Below, piece by piece: positions 1-11,015 of a stretch of DNA of 64,000 bases (its first letter is position 1; each line of letters opens with the position of its first letter). A program made the translations under genes and the position numbers. This stretch comes from an uncultured Actinomycetota bacterium (GTDB lineage: Bacteria > Actinomycetota > Actinomycetes > Mycobacteriales > Mycobacteriaceae). Below the pieces are notes generated by a model. That model was not told the origin of the DNA. It worked only from the letters and a program-made list of their open reading frames with translations, and searched no databases. The stretch covers positions 17,304 to 81,303 of the forward strand of contig CAWBAL010000005.1 in NCBI GenBank assembly GCA_963786695.1, given 5' to 3'.

Positions 1-418
<418 letters not shown>

Positions 419-428
419 GGGAGACCAA

Positions 429-987
429 GTGATTGAAGAGGCTCTCTTCGACGCCGAAGAGAAGATGGAGAAGGCCGTGGCGGTCGCCCGCGACGACCTG
501 TCCTCCATCCGCACCGGACGGGCCAACCCCGGCATGTTCGCGCGCGTCGCCGTGGACTACTACGGCGTCGATGACCCCCATCACCCAGCTGTCGAGCGTC
601 AACGTGCCCGAGGCGCGCATGGTGGTCATCAAGCCCTACGAGGCCTCCCAACTCCGCGCGATCGAGGACGCGATCCGCAACTCCGACCTCGGCGTCAACC
701 CCACCAACGACGGCAACGTCATCCGGGTGTCCATCCCGCAGCTGACCGAGGAGCGCCGCCGCGACCTGGTCAAGCAGGCCAAGGCCAAGGGGGAGGACGC
801 CAAGGTCTCGGTGCGCAACGTGCGCCGGCGGGCCATGGAGGAACTGCACCGCATCCGCAAGGACGGCGAAGCCGGCGAGGACGAGGTCGGCCGCGCGGAG
901 AAGGACCTCGACAAGGCCACCCACACCTACGTCGCGCAGATCGACGAGCTGGTCAAGCACAAGGAAGGCGAGCTGCTGGAGGTCTGA
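429..987 (+). CDS. frr: Ribosome recycling factor (apparent frameshift near 570)
   Basis: GTG at 429 gives [17 protein letters not shown]...IRTGRANP; continues in the 433..987 frame as [15 protein letters not shown]...[11 protein letters not shown]...KEGELLEV. Confidence 0.95.
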
Positions 988-1880
988 TGACCGCCCAGCA
1001 ACCACCGCCCGTGGCCGACACCGAATCCGGCGCGCCCGGCTCCGCCGCGCCGGAGAAGAAAACTTCCCGGGCCGGACGCAACCTGCCTGCCGCGATCGCG
1101 GTCGGGGCGATCCTGGGCGCCATGGCGATCGGCAGCCTGCTGTTCGCACCGAAGTGGTGGTTCCCGCTGCTGGCCGGCGCCATCGCGATCGCCACCCATG
1201 AGGTGGTCCGCCGGCTTCGCGAACACGGCTACGCCATGCCGATCGTGCCGCTGCTGGTCGGCGGTCAGGCGATGATCTGGCTGGCCTGGCCGTGGGGCGT
1301 CGCGGGCACGCTGGGCGCCTACGGCGGCACGATCGTGGTCGCCATGGTGTGGCGCCTGGTCGGCCAGGGTCTGCGCGAGCAGCCGGTCAACTACCTGCGT
1401 GACATCGCCGCAACGGTCCTGCTGGCCACCTGGGTGCCGTTGTTCGCCAGTTTCACCGTGCTGCTGATCGCCCAGGACAACGGCGGCGCCCGGGTCTTCA
1501 CCGTGATCGCCACCGTCGTCTTCGCCGATATCGGCGGCTACATCGCCGGCGTGCTGTTCGGCAAGCATCTGCTGGCGCCGGCGATCAGCCCCAAGAAGTC
1601 GTGGGAGGGCCTGGGCGGCTCACTGCTGTTCGGCGTCACCGCCGCCGTGCTGTCGGTGACGTTCCTGCTGCACAAGCCCGCCTGGGTCGGTGTGCCGCTC
1701 GGGTTGATGCTGGTGATCACCGGCGTACTCGGCGACCTGGTCGAGTCCCAGGTCAAACGCGACCTGGGCATCAAGGACATGGGAACGCTGCTGCCGGGCC
1801 ACGGCGGGATCATGGACCGCATCGACGCGATGCTGCCGTCGGCGGTCGCCGGCTGGATCGTGCTGACGCTGCTGGCCTGA
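987..1880 (+). CDS. cdsA: Phosphatidate cytidylyltransferase
   Basis: [20 protein letters not shown] and [31 protein letters not shown] motifs; TGATG overlap with frr. Confidence 0.96.
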   Translation: MTAQQPPPVADTESGAPGSAAPEKKTSRAGRNLPAAIAVGAILGAMAIGSLLFAPKWWFPLLAGAIAIATHEVVRRLREHGYAMPIVPLLVGGQAMIWLAWPWGVAGTLGAYGGTIVVAMVWRLVGQGLREQPVNYLRDIAATVLLATWVPLFASFTVLLIAQDNGGARVFTVIATVVFADIGGYIAGVLFGKHLLAPAISPKKSWEGLGGSLLFGVTAAVLSVTFLLHKPAWVGVPLGLMLVITGVLGDLVESQVKRDLGIKDMGTLLPGHGGIMDRIDAMLPSAVAGWIVLTLLA

Positions 1881-1911
1881 GCCGGGCGTCGGCTCAGCGA
1901 TACTGGACGTA

Positions 1912-3006
1912 ATGAAACAGGAACTCGTCTTCGAGGCGCCTCGCCGCGCGCTGCCGCCGCGCCATCTCGCCGACCTCGACGCCGAGGGCCGCGCCGCCGC
2001 CGTCACCGAACTCGGCCTGCCGGCGTTTCGGGCCAAGCAGCTGGCCCAGCAGTACTACGGCCGGCTGCTGGCCGATCCGCAACAGATGACCGATCTGCCC
2101 GCCGCGGTGCGCGACACCGTCGCCGACGCGCTGTTCCCGACGCTGCTGACGGTGGCCAAGGAGATCACCTGCGACGCCGGGGAGACCCGAAAGACGTTGT
2201 GGCGCGCCCACGATGGCACCACCTTCGAGTCGGTGCTGATGCGGTACCCCAACCGCAACACCGTCTGCATCTCCTCGCAGGCCGGCTGCGGCATGGCGTG
2301 CCCGTTCTGCGCGACCGGCCAGGGCGGGCTGACCCGCAACCTGTCCACCGCCGAGATTCTCGAGCAGGTGCGGGCGGCCGCGGTGACGCTGCGTGACGAG
2401 TTCGGCGACCGGCTGTCCAACGTCGTGTTCATGGGGATGGGCGAGCCGCTGGCCAACTACACCCGGGTGGTGGCCGCCGTCCGGCGCATCACCGCCGCCC
2501 CGCCCGACGGGTTCGGGATCTCCGCGCGGTCGGTGACGGTGTCGACCGTCGGGCTGGCCCCGGCGATCCGCAAACTGGCCGACGAGCACCTCGGGGTCAC
2601 CCTGGCGCTGTCCCTGCACACCCCCGACGACGAGCTGCGCGACACCCTGGTGCCGGTGAACAACCGCTGGAAGGTCGGCGAGGCCCTCGACGCGGCCCGC
2701 TACTACGCCGAGACGACCGGCAGGCGGGTGTCCATCGAGTACGCGCTCATCCGGGACGTCAACGATCAGGGCTGGCGGGCCGACCAGCTGGGCAAGAAGC
2801 TGCACCGGGCGCTGGGGCCGCTGGTGCACGTCAACCTGATCCCGCTCAACCCGACGCCGGGCAGCAAGTGGGACGCCAGCCCGAAGCCGGCCGAGCGCGA
2901 GTTCGTGCGGCGGGTACGGGCCCAGGGCGTGTCGTGCACGGTGCGAGACACCCGCGGCCGCGAGATCGCTGCCGCGTGCGGACAATTGGCGGCCAGCGGC
3001 GGGTGA
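1912..3006 (+). CDS. rlmN: 23S rRNA (adenine2503-C2)-methyltransferase, radical SAM
   Basis: [26 protein letters not shown] and AACGQL motifs. Confidence 0.96.
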   Translation: MKQELVFEAPRRALPPRHLADLDAEGRAAAVTELGLPAFRAKQLAQQYYGRLLADPQQMTDLPAAVRDTVADALFPTLLTVAKEITCDAGETRKTLWRAHDGTTFESVLMRYPNRNTVCISSQAGCGMACPFCATGQGGLTRNLSTAEILEQVRAAAVTLRDEFGDRLSNVVFMGMGEPLANYTRVVAAVRRITAAPPDGFGISARSVTVSTVGLAPAIRKLADEHLGVTLALSLHTPDDELRDTLVPVNNRWKVGEALDAARYYAETTGRRVSIEYALIRDVNDQGWRADQLGKKLHRALGPLVHVNLIPLNPTPGSKWDASPKPAEREFVRRVRAQGVSCTVRDTRGREIAAACGQLAASGG

Positions 3007-3026
3007 TCGACACGGCAGTGTCGATC
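3005..3026. terminator. Short hairpin between convergent rlmN and DUF2631 genes
   Basis: GATCGACAC-ggca-GTGTCGATC, perfect 9-bp inverted repeat. Confidence 0.55.
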
Positions 3027-3045
3027 TCGACGGAGCAGAGGTTGG

Positions 3046-3300
3046 CTAGCGGAGCCAGCCGCGACGGCGGCCCCACCAGTCGCGTCCGATGACGAACGCC
3101 ACCAGGATCGCGAAGGCGATCAGCACGTAGTCCTCGACGTGGCCCACATGGTTGCCCCGCAGCATCCCCAGCAGGAAGACGACGGTGAAGATGCCGACGG
3201 CGTACCAGGTGCGGTAGTTGATCTTGCTCCAGCCCCAGGCGGCCGAGGGTACGTCGGCGACATCGACGTCGTTGTAGCGCTCCACCTCGGTGCTTGGCAT
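3046..3300 (-). CDS. DUF2631 small membrane protein (Rv2876-like)
   Basis: MPSTEVERYNDVDVADVPSAAWGWS...GNHVGHVED, two TM segments; syntenic with Rv2876. Confidence 0.85.
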   Translation of the reverse strand: MPSTEVERYNDVDVADVPSAAWGWSKINYRTWYAVGIFTVVFLLGMLRGNHVGHVEDYVLIAFAILVAFVIGRDWWGRRRGWLR

Positions 3301-3364
3301 TGCGGCTCCTGTCGGACTCAGATCGGCAACTGGGGTCATTCTGGCACACCGACCCCCACCCGGC

Positions 3365-4711
3365 TCAGCCGATCCGGCCGTAACGCGCCAACGCCTCGGT
3401 CCGCTCGGCCGCGTGGTCGACGATCGGCTCCGGATACCCGGCCGGCCGGCCGGCCTTGAACTTGTGCACGTCGGCAACGTCGGCCAGCTCCGGCACCCAG
3501 CGCCGCACGTACTCGCCGGCCGGGTCGAACTTCTCGCCCTGGGCCGTGGGGTTGAACACCCGGAAGTACGGCGCGGCGTCGGTGCCCGAGCCCGCACACC
3601 ACTGCCAGCCGTGCTGATTGCTGGCCATGTCGCCGTCCACCAGCTGCTCGAGGAACCAGCGCGCCCCCCACTGCCACGGCAGGTGCAGGTCTTTGACCAG
3701 GAACGACGCCACGATCATGCGGACGCGGTTGTGCATGAAGCCGGTCTCGAGCAGCTGCCGCATGCCGGCGTCGACGATGGGGTAGCCGGTGCGGCCCTGC
3801 TTCCACGCCTCGAAGGCCTTCTTCGCCGCCGCGTCGGTGTCGACCTCGATGGTGTCGAAGTTGCGGTTCCAGTTCCACCACGCGCTGGCGGGCCACTCGG
3901 CCAGCACCGTGGCGTAGAAGTCGCGGAAGGCCAACTCCCGCAGGTACGCCCCGGGACCGGTCTCGCGGACGTTCAGGTCGGCGACCATCGTGCGCGGGTG
4001 GATGGTGCCGAACTTCAGGTGCGCCGACATCCGGCTGGTGCCCGGCTTGTCGGGGCGGTTGCGGTCCTCGGCGTAGTCGGTCAGGCCGGAGTCGGCGAAC
4101 TCGGCCCACCGGCGCAGCGCCGCGGGTTCCCCGGCCTCGACGTCCATCGCCGCGCCCGGGTCGGGGGCGTCGACCGGCTCGACGCCGGACACCCGAGCGG
4201 GGTCGATCCATGTCACCGTCGCGCGCGCGGACTGCGCCGGTGCCCGCCAGCCGATCTCACGCCAGCGGGCGAAGAACGGGGTGAACACCTTGTACGGGGT
4301 GCCGTCGTCCTTGGTGACGCGGCCGGGGGAGACCAGGTACGGCGAGCCGGTCGCCTGCAGCGTCACCCCGGCAGCGCTGAGCGCATCGGCGACCAGCGCG
4401 TCGCGGCGCTTGCCGAACGGGCTGAAGTCCGCCGAGATGTGCACGGCATTCGCGTCGATCTCCTTGCACAACAGCGGGATTCGCTCCTCGGGACGGCCGC
4501 GGGTGATCAGCAGCCGGCCATCGAGCGCCTCGCTCAGCGCGCGCAGCGAGTCGCCGAGGAACTGCATGCGGCGCGGACCCGATGACTTCTCCAGCCGGGG
4601 ATCGAGGACGAAACAGGCCAGTACGTCGGCCCCGCCGGCGGCCGCCTCCAGCAGCGGGGGCAGGTCGTGCAGGCGCAGATCGCGGCGAAACCACAGCAGT
4701 GTGGACGACAT
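3365..4711 (-). CDS. phr: Deoxyribodipyrimidine photolyase (class I CPD photolyase)
   Basis: WFRRDLRLHD, GTSRMSAHLKFG, GRTGYPIVDAGMRQL, GFMHNRVRM, WQWCAGSGTDAAPYFRVFNP. Confidence 0.95.
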   Translation of the reverse strand: MSSTLLWFRRDLRLHDLPPLLEAAAGGADVLACFVLDPRLEKSSGPRRMQFLGDSLRALSEALDGRLLITRGRPEERIPLLCKEIDANAVHISADFSPFGKRRDALVADALSAAGVTLQATGSPYLVSPGRVTKDDGTPYKVFTPFFARWREIGWRAPAQSARATVTWIDPARVSGVEPVDAPDPGAAMDVEAGEPAALRRWAEFADSGLTDYAEDRNRPDKPGTSRMSAHLKFGTIHPRTMVADLNVRETGPGAYLRELAFRDFYATVLAEWPASAWWNWNRNFDTIEVDTDAAAKKAFEAWKQGRTGYPIVDAGMRQLLETGFMHNRVRMIVASFLVKDLHLPWQWGARWFLEQLVDGDMASNQHGWQWCAGSGTDAAPYFRVFNPTAQGEKFDPAGEYVRRWVPELADVADVHKFKAGRPAGYPEPIVDHAAERTEALARYGRIG

Positions 4712-4746
4712 GTCCTCCATGCTCCCTTGTCGGTGGGAATGACGAA

Positions 4747-4797
4747 GGGCCGACCCCGGCGGCGTGAAAGGAGAAGACACGCCGCCGCGGCCGGCCC
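4747..4797 (-). terminator. Long GC hairpin between mpt70-like gene and photolyase
   Basis: About 20-bp stem (4747-4766/4778-4797), 11-nt loop UCUUCUCCUUU on the minus strand, followed by UUCGUCAUU. Confidence 0.6.
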
Positions 4798-4816
4798 GAT
4801 CATCGGTGCGCGCCGC

Positions 4817-5422
4817 CTAGTTGGCCGGGGGCAGCAGCACCGTGTCGATGAGGTACACCGTGGCGTTGGCGGTCTTGACGCCACCGCAGACCACGTTGGC
4901 GCCGTTGACCGTCAGGTGGTTACCCGAGCCGGTGACCGTCAGGTCCGCGCCCTGCACCGTCTTGTGGGTGCCGACGACCTGAGCCGGGGCGGCCTGGCCG
5001 GGAACCACGTGGTAGGTCAGGATCGAGGTCAGCAGATCGGAGTTGGTCTTCAGCGTCTCCACGGTCGCCGGATCCAGCTTGGCGAAGGCCGCGTCGGTCG
5101 GTGCGAACAGCGTGAACTGACCGCCGTTGAGCGTGTCGACCAGGTTGACGTTCGGGTTGAGCTTGCCCGACACCGCCGCGGTCAGCGTGGTCAGCAGCGG
5201 ATTGTTCGACGCCGCAACGGCAACCGGCGAGACCGCCATGCCGGCGACCGAGCCCGGTCCGGTGGGCACCTGCTCTGCGTAGGCCGCGCATCCCGGGCCG
5301 ACCAGGTTGGCGCCGGGATCATCGGCTGCGGCGGTGGGGGATACGGCCACCGACAGGCCGAGCACCGCGGCCGCCGTCAGGCCGGCCATCGCACTTGCCT
5401 TCTTGTACACCTTCATCGACAT
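4817..5422 (-). CDS. mpt70: Secreted fasciclin-domain protein, MPT70-like
   Basis: Signal peptide ending AAA-D; [49 protein letters not shown]. Confidence 0.9.
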   Translation of the reverse strand: MSMKVYKKASAMAGLTAAAVLGLSVAVSPTAAADDPGANLVGPGCAAYAEQVPTGPGSVAGMAVSPVAVAASNNPLLTTLTAAVSGKLNPNVNLVDTLNGGQFTLFAPTDAAFAKLDPATVETLKTNSDLLTSILTYHVVPGQAAPAQVVGTHKTVQGADLTVTGSGNHLTVNGANVVCGGVKTANATVYLIDTVLLPPAN

Positions 5423-5483
5423 TGTGTGTCCTTCCGTATTGGGTTGCGCCGGAAGAGGTTCGGCGCATCTTCGACATCTGTTA

Positions 5484-5509
5484 TTCGGAGCCGCGTGGTC
5501 CGCGGATGG
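5484..5509 (-). promoter_or_regulatory. SigK-type ECF promoter of the mpt70-like gene
   Basis: Minus strand reads CCATCC-N15-CCGAA, an exact match to the mycobacterial SigK consensus, about 60 nt upstream of the ATG. Confidence 0.85.
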
Positions 5510-5521
5510 GTCGAATCTGTG

Positions 5522-5578
5522 GAGCCGGCGCGAAATCGCCCGAATATGCCGGGGAACAGGCGATTTCGCGGCCGGCTC
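5522..5578. repeat. Palindromic REP-like element or terminator downstream of mpt83-like gene
   Basis: GAGCCGGCGCGAAATCGCC ... GGCGATTTCGCGGCCGGCTC inverted arms. Confidence 0.65.
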
Positions 5579-5588
5579 ATTCAGGGGG

Positions 5589-6254
5589 TTACTGGGCGGG
5601 CGGCATCAGCACCGTGTCGATGAGGTACACCTGGGCGTTGGTGGTCGCCACGCCGCCGCACACCACGCCGGCGTCGTTGACCTTCAGGTCGGCACCGGAG
5701 CCGGTGACGGTCAGCGGCGCGCCCTGCACGGTCTTGTGCTCGCCGACCACCTGCGCGGGCGTGGCCTGGCCGGCCACCACGTGGTAGGTCAGGATCGAGG
5801 TCAGCAGATCCTTGTCGGTCTTGAGCTTCTCGATGGTGGCGGGGTCGATCTTGGCGAACGCGTCATCGGTCGGCGCGAACACCGTGAATTCACCGCCATT
5901 GAGGGTGTCGACGAGGTTCACGTTCGGGTTGAGCTTGCCCGTGAGCGCCGAGTTGAGGGTGGTCAAGATCGGGTTGTTGGCAGTCGCGGCCGTGACGTTT
6001 CCTGCCGCCATCCCGCTGACCGAGCCCGGACCGCTGGGCACCTTCTCGGCATAGCCCGCGCAACCCGGGCCGACCGGCCCTGCGGCGGGGGTGGCCGCCG
6101 GGGTGGTGGTGGCCGCGGCCGAGGTCTCCGAGGTGGCCACCGACGAGGCCGAGGACGTCGTCGCGGTTTCGGTCGTCGACGAACACGCCGACATGGTCAG
6201 GACTGCGGCGGCGGCCAGACCGGCCGCGGTGATGGTGCTGCGGTAAACCTGCAT
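5589..6254 (-). CDS. mpt83: Fasciclin-domain lipoprotein, MPT83-like
   Basis: Lipobox MSA-C, Ser/Thr/Ala-rich linker, fasciclin domain paralogous to 4817..5422. Confidence 0.9.
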   Translation of the reverse strand: MQVYRSTITAAGLAAAAVLTMSACSSTTETATTSSASSVATSETSAAATTTPAATPAAGPVGPGCAGYAEKVPSGPGSVSGMAAGNVTAATANNPILTTLNSALTGKLNPNVNLVDTLNGGEFTVFAPTDDAFAKIDPATIEKLKTDKDLLTSILTYHVVAGQATPAQVVGEHKTVQGAPLTVTGSGADLKVNDAGVVCGGVATTNAQVYLIDTVLMPPAQ

Positions 6255-6324
6255 GCTGTGGACTCCTTTGTCTGCAAAATGGGGCAAGTTTCCGACCGCG
6301 TCTTGATCGGCACTTGCGACGTGA

Positions 6325-6351
6325 TTCGGCGTGCGGACGCGTCACGGACCG
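6325..6351 (-). promoter_or_regulatory. Degenerate SigK-type promoter of the mpt83-like gene
   Basis: Minus strand CGGTCC-N16-CCGAA; -10 is exact, -35 and spacing are imperfect. Confidence 0.5.
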
Positions 6352-6443
6352 GTGTGCGGCGGGCTCGGGTCACAAACGCGTCACAGTTGAGCAAGGGCGG
6401 CCGCCGCGGGAAAAGGAGCCCGAAGAGGCGGCACAATAGGACG

Positions 6444-7611
6444 GTGAGCTCCGCCAACCGTCTCCGGGTACTGATCCTGGGCAGCACCGGTTCGATCGGC
6501 ACCCAGGCGCTCGAGGTCATCGCCGACAACCCGGACAAGTTCGAGGTCGTCGGGCTGGCCGCCGGCGGCGGAAACCCCGACCTGCTGGCCCGCCAGCGTG
6601 CCGAGACCTCGGTCACCAACGTCGCCGTCGCCGACCCGGCCGCCGCCGAGAAGGTGGGCGAGGTCACCTACAGCGGGCCCGATGCCGTCACCCGGCTGGT
6701 GCAGAACACCGAGGCCGACGTCGTCCTCAACGCCCTGGTCGGAGCGCTGGGACTGGAACCCACCCTGGCCGCGCTGGCCAGCGGCGCGCGACTGGCGCTG
6801 GCCAACAAGGAATCGCTGGTGGCGGGCGGCCCGCTGGTGTTGCGGGCCGCGCAACCCGGTCAGATCGTGCCGGTGGACTCCGAGCACTCCGCGCTGGCCC
6901 AGTGCCTGCGCTCGGGCAGCGCCGACGAGGTCGCCAAGCTGGTGCTCACCGCCTCCGGCGGCCCGTTCCGCGGCTGGGCGGCCGCCGACCTGGAGTCCGT
7001 CACGCCCGAACAGGCCGGCGCGCATCCCACCTGGAACATGGGCCCGATGAACACGCTGAACTCGGCGTCCCTGGTCAACAAGGGTCTCGAGCTCATCGAG
7101 ACGCACCTGCTGTTCGGCGTGCCCTACGACCGCATCGAGGTCGTGGTGCACCCGCAGTCGATCGTGCACTCGATGGTGACCTTCACCGACGGGTCGACCA
7201 TCGCCCAGGCCAGCCCGCCGGACATGAAGCTGCCCATCTCGCTGGCGCTGGGCTGGCCGGACCGGGTCGCCGGGCGCGGCCGCCGCCTGCGACTTCAGCA
7301 CCGCCTCCACCTGGGAGTTCGAGCCACTGGACGCCGCGGTGTTCCCCGCCGTCGACCTGGCCCGCCATGCCGGGCGCACCGGCGGCTGCCTGACCGCGGT
7401 CTACAACGCCGCCAACGAGGAGGCCGCCGCGGCGTTCCTGGACGGCAAGATCGGCTTCCCGGCCATTGTGCGAACAATCGCTGACGTACTGCACGCCGCC
7501 GACCAGTGGGCCGCAGAACCGGCTACCGTGGAAGAAGTACTTGACGCGCAGCGATGGGCTCGGCAACGCGCTCGTGACGCCGTCACACAGGAGGTCGCTT
7601 CAATCCGATGA
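6444..7611 (+). CDS. dxr: 1-deoxy-D-xylulose 5-phosphate reductoisomerase (frameshift near 7270)
   Basis: [47 protein letters not shown]; C-terminus YNAANE in the 7339..7611 frame. Confidence 0.96.
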
Positions 7612-8853
7612 TGTTCGCTATCGGCATCGTGCTGTTCGCACTCGCCATCCTCGTCTCCGTGGCCTTGCACGAGTGCGGTCACATGTGGGTTGCGCGCGCC
7701 ACCGGTATGAAGGTGCGGCGCTACTTCGTGGGCTTCGGGCCCACCGTGTGGTCGACGCTTCGGCCCAACCGGCTGGGTTACACCGAATACGGTCTGAAGG
7801 CCGTGCCTGCCGGTGGGTTCTGCGACATCGCCGGCATGACGTCGGTCGAGGAACTCACGCCCGAAGAATCGCCGTACGCGATGTACAAGCAGAAGACGTG
7901 GAAGCGCGTCGCGGTGCTGTTCGCCGGCCCGGCGATGAACTTCGTGATCGGCCTGGTGCTGATCTACGGGATCGCCGTCGCCTGGGGCCTGCCCAATCTG
8001 CACCCGCCGACCACGGCCATCGTCGGTGAAACATCCTGTGTCGAAGGCCGAAGTCACCAAGGGCAAGCTCGGCGACTGCACCGGTTACGGCCCCGCGGCG
8101 GCGGCCGGCATCCAGGCCGGCGACATCGGTGGTCAAGGTCGGCGGCACCGACGTCAAGAACTTCGACGAGATGGTGGCCGCGGTCCAAAAATCCTCCGGC
8201 CCAACGCCGTTCGTCATCGAACGCACGCAGAACGGTGCCACGACGTCGATGACCACCGTCGTCGACGTCACACCCACCCAGCGCTGGGTCGCCAAGAAGG
8301 ACGGCAGCAAGGAGACCGCCCCCGCCACCGTCGGGGCCATCGGCGTCAGCGCCGCCAGCTTCGGCCCGACGCAGTACAACCCGCTGACCGCCGTCCCGGC
8401 GACGTTCACCTTCACCGGCGACCTCGGCCGTCGAGATCGGCAAGTCACTGGCTGTCCATCCCCACCAAGGTCGGCGCACTGGTGCACGCGATCGGCGGCG
8501 GCGAACGTGATCCCGAGACGCCCATCAGCGTCGTCGGCGCCAGCATCATCGGCGGAGACACCGTCGACCACGGGTTGTGGGTCGCGTTCTGGTTCTTCCT
8601 GGCCCAGCTCAACTTCGTGCTCGGCGCGATCAACCTGGTGCCGCTGCTGCCGTTCGACGGCGGGCACATCGCCATCGCGGTCTTCGAGAAGATCCGCAAC
8701 ATGATCCGGTCGGCCCGCGGCAAGGTCGCCGCGGCGCCGGTGAACTACATGAAGCTGATGCCCGCCACCTACGTCATCCTCGTCGTGGTGGTCGGTTACA
8801 TGCTGCTGACCGTGACCGCCGACCTGGTCAATCCGATCAGGTTGTTCCAGTAG
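7608..8853 (+). CDS. rip1: Site-2 (M50) zinc metalloprotease Rip1 with PDZ domain (several frameshifts 8030-8460)
   Basis: HECGH, AGPAMN and [12 protein letters not shown] motifs; located between dxr and ispG. Confidence 0.93.
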
Positions 8854-8864
8854 GAGAGCCGTAG

Positions 8865-10026
8865 ATGACCTCGATCGGTCTGGGCATGCCGGCACCGCCC
8901 GCGCCCGTCCTCGCGCCACGGCGCAAGACCCGCCAGCTCATGGTGCGCGACGTCGGGGTGGGCAGCGACTACCCGATCTCGGTGCAGTCGATGTGCACCA
9001 CCAAGACCCACGACGTCAACACCACCCTGCAGCAGATCGCCGAGCTCACCGCCGCCGGCTGCGACATCGTGCGGGTGGCCTGTCCGCGCCAGGAGGACGC
9101 CGACGCGCTCGCCGAGATCGTCCGGCACAGCAACCTTCCGGTGATCGCCGACATCCACTTCCAGCCGAAGTACATCTTCGCCGCGATCGACGCCGGGCTG
9201 TGCGGCGGTGCGGGTGAACCCCGGCAACATCAAGGAATTCGACGGCCGGGTCGACGAGGTCGCCAAGGCCGCGGGCGCGGCGGGCATCCCGATCCGCATC
9301 GGGGTCAACGCCGGCTCGCTGGACAAGCGGTTCCTGGAGAAGTACGGCAAGGCCACCCCGGAGGCCCTCGTCGAGTCGGCGCTGTGGGAGGCCTCGCTGT
9401 TCGAGGAGCACGGCTTCGGCAACATCAAGATCAGCGTCAAGCACAACGACCCCGTCGTGATGGTGGCCGCCTACGAGCTGCTGGCCGAAAAGTGCGACTA
9501 CCCATTGCATCTCGGCGTCACCGAGGCGGGCCCGGCGTTCCAGGGCACCATCAAGTCCGCCGTCGCGTTCGGCGCACTGCTGTCCCGCGGCATCGGCGAC
9601 ACCATCCGGGTGTCGCTGTCGGCGCCGCCTGTCGAAGAGGTCAAGGTCGGCAACCAGATCCTGGAGTCGCTGAACCTGCGGCCGCGCGGGCTGGAGATCG
9701 TGTCCTGCCCGTCCTGCGGGCGCGCCCAGGTCGACGTGTACACCTTGGCCAACGCGGTGTCGGCCGGCCTCGAGGGGCTCGACGTGCCGTTGCGGGTCGC
9801 GGTGATGGGCTGCGTCGTCAACGGCCCGGGCGAGGCGCGGGAAGCCGACCTCGGTGTGGCGTCGGGCAACGGCAAGGGCCAGATCTTCGTCAAGGGTGAG
9901 GTGATCAAGACCGTGCCCGAGGCCATGATCGTCGAGACGCTGATCGAAGAGGCGATGCGACTCGCCGAGCTGCAGCGCGGCACCGATGCATCTGCCAGCG
10001 GTTCTCCTGAGGTGACCGTAAGCTGA
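8865..10026 (+). CDS. ispG: HMBPP synthase (frameshift near 9195)
   Basis: [47 protein letters not shown]. Confidence 0.96.
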
Positions 10027-10070
10027 GCGGGTAACTCCCCAGCGGTTCGCAGCCGCAGAAAGTCAAGGCC

Positions 10071-10927
10071 ATGTCGGCTCCGCCACTGTTCCAGCCTGGT
10101 CGACGAACGACGGGTGTCAGTGGTACGCGATGCCGCGGCCGTGGGCCGAGTCCTCGCCGACGATCCGGTCGGCTCCTGCATGGTGGCGGCCCGGGTCGCC
10201 GACCACGGCGTTGACCCGCAGGCGATCGGGGGAGAGCTGTGGACGCGGCGGCGCGCCGAGGAGTCGCTGTGTTACGCCGGCGCCAACCTGATCCCGCTGC
10301 GCGGGACGCAGACTGACCTGATTGCGTTCGCGGAGAAGGCGATGAGCACTGCGCGACGGTGTTCGTCACTGGTCGGCCGGGCCGAGATGGTGTTGCCGAT
10401 GTGGGACCGCTTGCAGCACGCGTGGGGACCGGCGCGCGACGTACGGGACCGTCAGCCGCTGATGGCGATCGGCGGGCCGCCGGCCAGTCCGATCGACCCG
10501 GCGGTGCGCCGGGTGCGGGTCGACGAGCTGGACGCCTACCTGGTCGCGGCGATCGACATGTTCATCGGCGAGGTCGGCATCGATCCGCGGGTCGGCGACG
10601 GCGGGCGCGGGTACCGGCGCCGGGTGGCCAGCCTCATCGCCGCCGGCCGGGCCTACGCCCGGTTCGAGCACGGCCAGGTTGTCTTCAAAGCCGAGGTCGG
10701 ATCGCAGTCGCCGGTGGTCGGCCAGATCCAGGGCGTCTGGGTGCATCCGGAATGGCGCGGCCACGGGCTCGGGACGGCCGGAACGGCAGCGGTGGCCGCG
10801 GCCGTGGTCAACAGCGGGCGCATCGCCAGCCTGTACGTCAACAGCTTCAACACCGTGGCCCGGGCGGCCTACGCCCGGGTCGGGTTTCACCGAGGTCGGG
10901 ATGTTCGCGACGGTGCTGCTCGACTGA
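10071..10927 (+). CDS. GNAT N-acetyltransferase with DUF4081 (Rv2867c-like; frameshifts near both ends)
   Basis: GQIQGVWVHPEWRGHGLG, SLYVNSFNTVARAAYARVGF; ends FATVLLD; follows ispG. Confidence 0.85.
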
Positions 10928-11015
10928 GCGGGCCTCGCGCAGCCCGACGTTCGGCGGGCCTGGGCACGGTGCGCCTCCGCCGCTTCGGGGTCACGGACTC
11001 ATAACATCAGCCCCA

